A DNA stretch of 64,000 nt from Nostoc sp. B(2019) (GTDB taxonomy: Bacteria > Cyanobacteriota > Cyanobacteriia > Cyanobacteriales > Nostocaceae). The stretch lies in assembly GCA_010091925.1 (NCBI GenBank), contig WVID01000006.1; one strand, given 5' to 3'. Position 1 is the first letter of the stretch, and every line of letters begins with the position of its first letter. A program made the position numbers and the translations under genes. The notes below the pieces were generated by a model. That model had not been told where the DNA came from and made no database searches. It saw only the letters and a list, made by a program, of their open reading frames with translations. Shown here piece by piece: positions 60,952 through 64,000 of this stretch.

Positions 60952-61962
60952 TTGGCCATGAATACAGAAAAAGCGAACAAAACAATCCGTGTCGGTGTCC
61001 TGGGTTTCGGCGGACTAGGACAAGCAGCCGCTAAGCTACTTGCTGGCAAACGGGAAATGATTTTAGTCGCAGCAGCAGATCAAAAAGGCTACGCTTACGC
61101 TGCTGATGGTTTAAATACTCAAGAATGCATTGCAACTTACCAGTCTCAAGGTTCAGTGGGTTATTTAGAGCCAGTTGGTAATTTAACAAATCAAAGTATT
61201 CAGGATTTAATCGAAAGTACACAAGCTGTAGATGGCTATTTTCTAGCTTTACCCAACCTACCTAATGACTTTATACCTAATGTAGCTAAGCAGTTTATCA
61301 AATCCGGCTGGCGTGGAGTGTTAGTAGATGCGATTAAGCGCACTAGTGCTGTAGAACAACTACTAGCAATGAAAGAGGAAATGCAAGCAGCCGGAATTAC
61401 CTACATGACAGGATGTGGGGCCACACCTGGATTGTTAACAGCAGCAGCAGCAATAGCCGCTCAAAGCTACGCGGAGATTCATCAAGTTGAAATTACTTTT
61501 GGCGTGGGAATTGCCAACTGGGAAGCTTACCGCGCCACAATCCGCGAGGATATTGGACACATGCCTGGTTATACAGTAGAAACTGCTAGAGCTATGAATG
61601 ATGCAGAAGTAGAGGCATTATTAGATAAAACTAATGGCGTGTTGACCTTAGAGAATATGGAACACGCCGATGATGTGATGCTAGAAGTAGCGGGAATTTG
61701 CGATCGCGATCGCGTTACTGTTGGTGGTGTAGTCGATACTCGCAATCCCAAAAAACCACTCAGTACTAACGTTAAGGTAACAGGGCGCACTTTTGAAGGT
61801 AAGATTTCCACTCATACCTTTACTCTCGGAGATGAAACCAGTATGGCAGCCAATGTCTGCGGCCCTGCCTTTGGTTATCTCAAAGCTGGTAGACAATTGC
61901 ACCAGCGCGGCATCTATGGAATATTTACTGCTGCCGAAATTATGCCCCAGTTTGTTAGGTAA
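60952..61962 (+). CDS. NAD(P)-binding Rossmann-fold oxidoreductase, family not resolved
   Basis: An N-terminal GxGxxG motif ([11 protein letters not shown]) is present, together with a GCGATPG motif. Confidence 0.4.
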   Translation: MAMNTEKANKTIRVGVLGFGGLGQAAAKLLAGKREMILVAAADQKGYAYAADGLNTQECIATYQSQGSVGYLEPVGNLTNQSIQDLIESTQAVDGYFLALPNLPNDFIPNVAKQFIKSGWRGVLVDAIKRTSAVEQLLAMKEEMQAAGITYMTGCGATPGLLTAAAAIAAQSYAEIHQVEITFGVGIANWEAYRATIREDIGHMPGYTVETARAMNDAEVEALLDKTNGVLTLENMEHADDVMLEVAGICDRDRVTVGGVVDTRNPKKPLSTNVKVTGRTFEGKISTHTFTLGDETSMAANVCGPAFGYLKAGRQLHQRGIYGIFTAAEIMPQFVR

Positions 61963-62091
61963 TAATTAGGAGTTAGGAGTTAGGAGTTAAAAGTTTGAAT
62001 TGAAAACTTAAACTTGTATGTAACTTCAGAATCTTTGGCTTTGCTGAAAATTTCCAACTCCTAACTCCTCACCGTTAACTCCTATCTTCTT

Positions 62092-62652
62092 CTAAGCTGG
62101 TGGAATTTCTGGAGACAAAGTATCTATGAGATTATCCTCAACTAACCATTGAGGCGTTTCAATGACAAATGGTAGTTCTGCTCCTATAAAGCCTCGTTGA
62201 ATGCATTCTGATGTCTCAGCAAAAACTACGAACAAAGGATATATAGTATTAGCACCCTCGCTCAAAATATGGCTGTGGCGAGGAGGCATTAGCCACTCAT
62301 AATCATTGTCTAGGCAAACTTGGGTTTGTCGCCAGCGTCCTAACAAGTCAGAAAAGTCTTCATGAGGACGATGAATAAAGAGCAAAATTTCTGCTCCAGT
62401 TTTAATTTTCCACTCAGGATCGCACATCAAAATTGCTACATCACAGGATAAGGAAGTCGCCTGTGGAACTGTCGTTATAGCGTTGCGGAGGCGAACAATT
62501 GGCAAAGGGATAGTGATAATACTTTCATCTGGACGGCGCAGACTGGGAATCATTTCCAAGTAAGGTCGGTGTTGCTTGAGTAAGGCGATCGCAGCTAGAT
62601 GATTGCTATACTCTGCCAAGCTCGCTTCATAGTGAGATTTTTGCACAGGCAT
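62092..62652 (-). CDS. hypothetical protein
   Basis: 186 aa. No motif was recognised. Confidence 0.35.
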   Translation of the reverse strand: MPVQKSHYEASLAEYSNHLAAIALLKQHRPYLEMIPSLRRPDESIITIPLPIVRLRNAITTVPQATSLSCDVAILMCDPEWKIKTGAEILLFIHRPHEDFSDLLGRWRQTQVCLDNDYEWLMPPRHSHILSEGANTIYPLFVVFAETSECIQRGFIGAELPFVIETPQWLVEDNLIDTLSPEIPPA

Positions 62653-62732
62653 GGTTTTATCAATTATGAAGTATGAAATTTAAAGGATGAAGAATAATAT
62701 TTTGCTGTCTTCATCCTTTATCTGCTCATCAC

Positions 62733-63956
62733 CTATCCCAACTTTTCAAATACCGCAAACATAGGCAGATACATCGCTAACAAAATGGTTCCAACCATTC
62801 CCCCTAGAACTACAATCATCACCGGTTCCAAAATACTGGTCATTGCTTTTACTGCTTGCTCGACTTCATCTTCATAGAAATCGGCAACTTTCATCAACAT
62901 TGCATCTAATTCTCCAGTTTCTTCTCCGATACTAATCATCTGAATTGCCATAGTCGGAAAAACGCTATCTTTTTGTAAAGCAATGCTAATCATACCTCCT
63001 TGTTGAATCTCCATGCGGGCTGCATCTATGGCATTAGCAATTACTTGGTTTCCTGATGTATCTCTGACAATTTCTAAGCAAGTTAAAATTGGTACACCTG
63101 AACGAGTCAAAGAACCAAAAGTTCGGCTAAAGCGAGCAACCGAAGACTTTTGAATTAAGTCACCAAATAATGGCATCTTGAGGGAAAGGCGATCAATTGT
63201 TTGGCGGCCAACAGGAGTTTTATAGTACTGTGAATAGGCAATTTTCAATCCTACAAGAATAGCGATAAGTACGAAAACCTTTGGACTTCTCAAAAATTGG
63301 CTACAATCCATCAGGAATTGTGTTAGAAGTGGTAATTCAGTTCCAATTTCTGTAAAAATCTTTGCAAAAATGGGAATGAGAAAAATGGTCATACCAAGAA
63401 AGATAGCAACTGCTATACAACCCACAACCACTGGATAAGACAATGCTGATTTAATTTGGTTTTGTAAGCGGGCAACATCTTCTAACAACTTAGCTAAGCG
63501 ATTCAATACTTCGTCCAGAACACCACCAACTTCGCCAGCTTGAATCATACTCACATATAATCCATCAAAGCAGTCAGGATGCTTCCGCATTGACTCTGAA
63601 AGATTCATTCCACTTTGAACATCGTTGCTAATATCAACAAGCGCTTGTTTCAGTTTAGGATTACTACACTGTTCAGAAAGTACCCCCAGACTTCTAACGA
63701 TCGCAACTCCCGCATTCATCAAAACGGCAAATTGACGGGAAAAAACTGCTTTGTCTTTAACAGAAACCTTAACCAAAGAAGTCTGAAATTTTTTCAAATC
63801 AAAGCTTGCCTGGAAGCCTTGAAATTGTTTAAGTTCTTGGACTACAAAACCTTGATCTCTGAGATTAGTACGGGCTTGCGTCAAGGATTCGGCAACAAAT
63901 TTTTCTGTTCTGGATTTTCCTTGCGAGTCCCGAACACGGGCAACATAGGTTGGCAT
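62733..63956 (-). CDS. pilC: type IV pilus assembly platform protein (GspF/PilC family)
   Basis: Two GspF-type repeats, three TM segments, and the characteristic C-terminal sequence LGGMVGTILLAMYLPMF are present. Confidence 0.85.
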   Translation of the reverse strand: MPTYVARVRDSQGKSRTEKFVAESLTQARTNLRDQGFVVQELKQFQGFQASFDLKKFQTSLVKVSVKDKAVFSRQFAVLMNAGVAIVRSLGVLSEQCSNPKLKQALVDISNDVQSGMNLSESMRKHPDCFDGLYVSMIQAGEVGGVLDEVLNRLAKLLEDVARLQNQIKSALSYPVVVGCIAVAIFLGMTIFLIPIFAKIFTEIGTELPLLTQFLMDCSQFLRSPKVFVLIAILVGLKIAYSQYYKTPVGRQTIDRLSLKMPLFGDLIQKSSVARFSRTFGSLTRSGVPILTCLEIVRDTSGNQVIANAIDAARMEIQQGGMISIALQKDSVFPTMAIQMISIGEETGELDAMLMKVADFYEDEVEQAVKAMTSILEPVMIVVLGGMVGTILLAMYLPMFAVFEKLG

Positions 63957-64000
63957 GGATTTAAAAATTCAAAATAGTCAAAAGTCAAGATTCAAGAGTC

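Noticed and set aside
61031-61902. Three minus-strand ORFs within the oxidoreductase gene and 63615..63977 opposite pilC
   Set aside because: These are antisense shadows with no support.

Overview
This is a 64-kb chromosomal window from a filamentous cyanobacterium of the Nostoc/Anabaena (Nostocales) type. It looks like ordinary, housekeeping-rich chromosome, not a discrete genomic island.

Evidence for the lineage:
- The ntcA gene product is collinear with the Anabaena NtcA sequence as I recall it.
- The HIP1 octamer GCGATCGC occurs about 55 times where roughly 1 is expected by chance.
- Intergenic spacers are packed with STRR-type tandem heptamers (TTGACCC, CCCCATT, AAAGGTT, TAGTCAT) and GC-rich, structured small dispersed repeats.

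Genes that can be supported:
- A partial gyrB N-terminus, miaA, glcD, a GAF sensor kinase, one tRNA (anticodon CUU), ruvX, ntcA, fabI, hisB, an ABC ATPase, a Wza-like polysaccharide exporter, an SPFH protein, folP and tpiA.
- A GTPase-DUF697 protein, a PEP-CTERM protein, atpD-atpC, a flotillin-like protein, a LOG-family protein, PBP4, a NYN protein, metG, and a plsX-fabH-fabD-plsC operon.
- pepA, an AI-2E transporter, mutS2, a DUF2997-ycf35-ferredoxin operon, two MazF/PemK-type toxin modules and pilC.

The most notable observations:
1. A roughly 100-nt GC-rich repeat is present intergenically between fabH and fabD and again, about 95% identical, inserted in-frame inside the mutS2 ATPase domain.
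2. A mazEF cassette is bracketed by a degenerate duplicate of the 3' end of the neighbouring DUF4926 gene.
3. A PemK-like toxin is paired with an unrecognised acidic antitoxin.
4. A decayed PEP-CTERM tail sits in a 1.1-kb AT-rich, ORF-free region upstream of an intact PEP-CTERM gene.
5. STRR heptamers supply an identical start context (TTGACTAATGACTAAA, giving Met-Thr-Lys) for both miaA and fabD.

No CRISPR array, rRNA, transposase or integrase was recognised. All calls rest on manual reading of the ORF translations and the sequence. No database searches were run.
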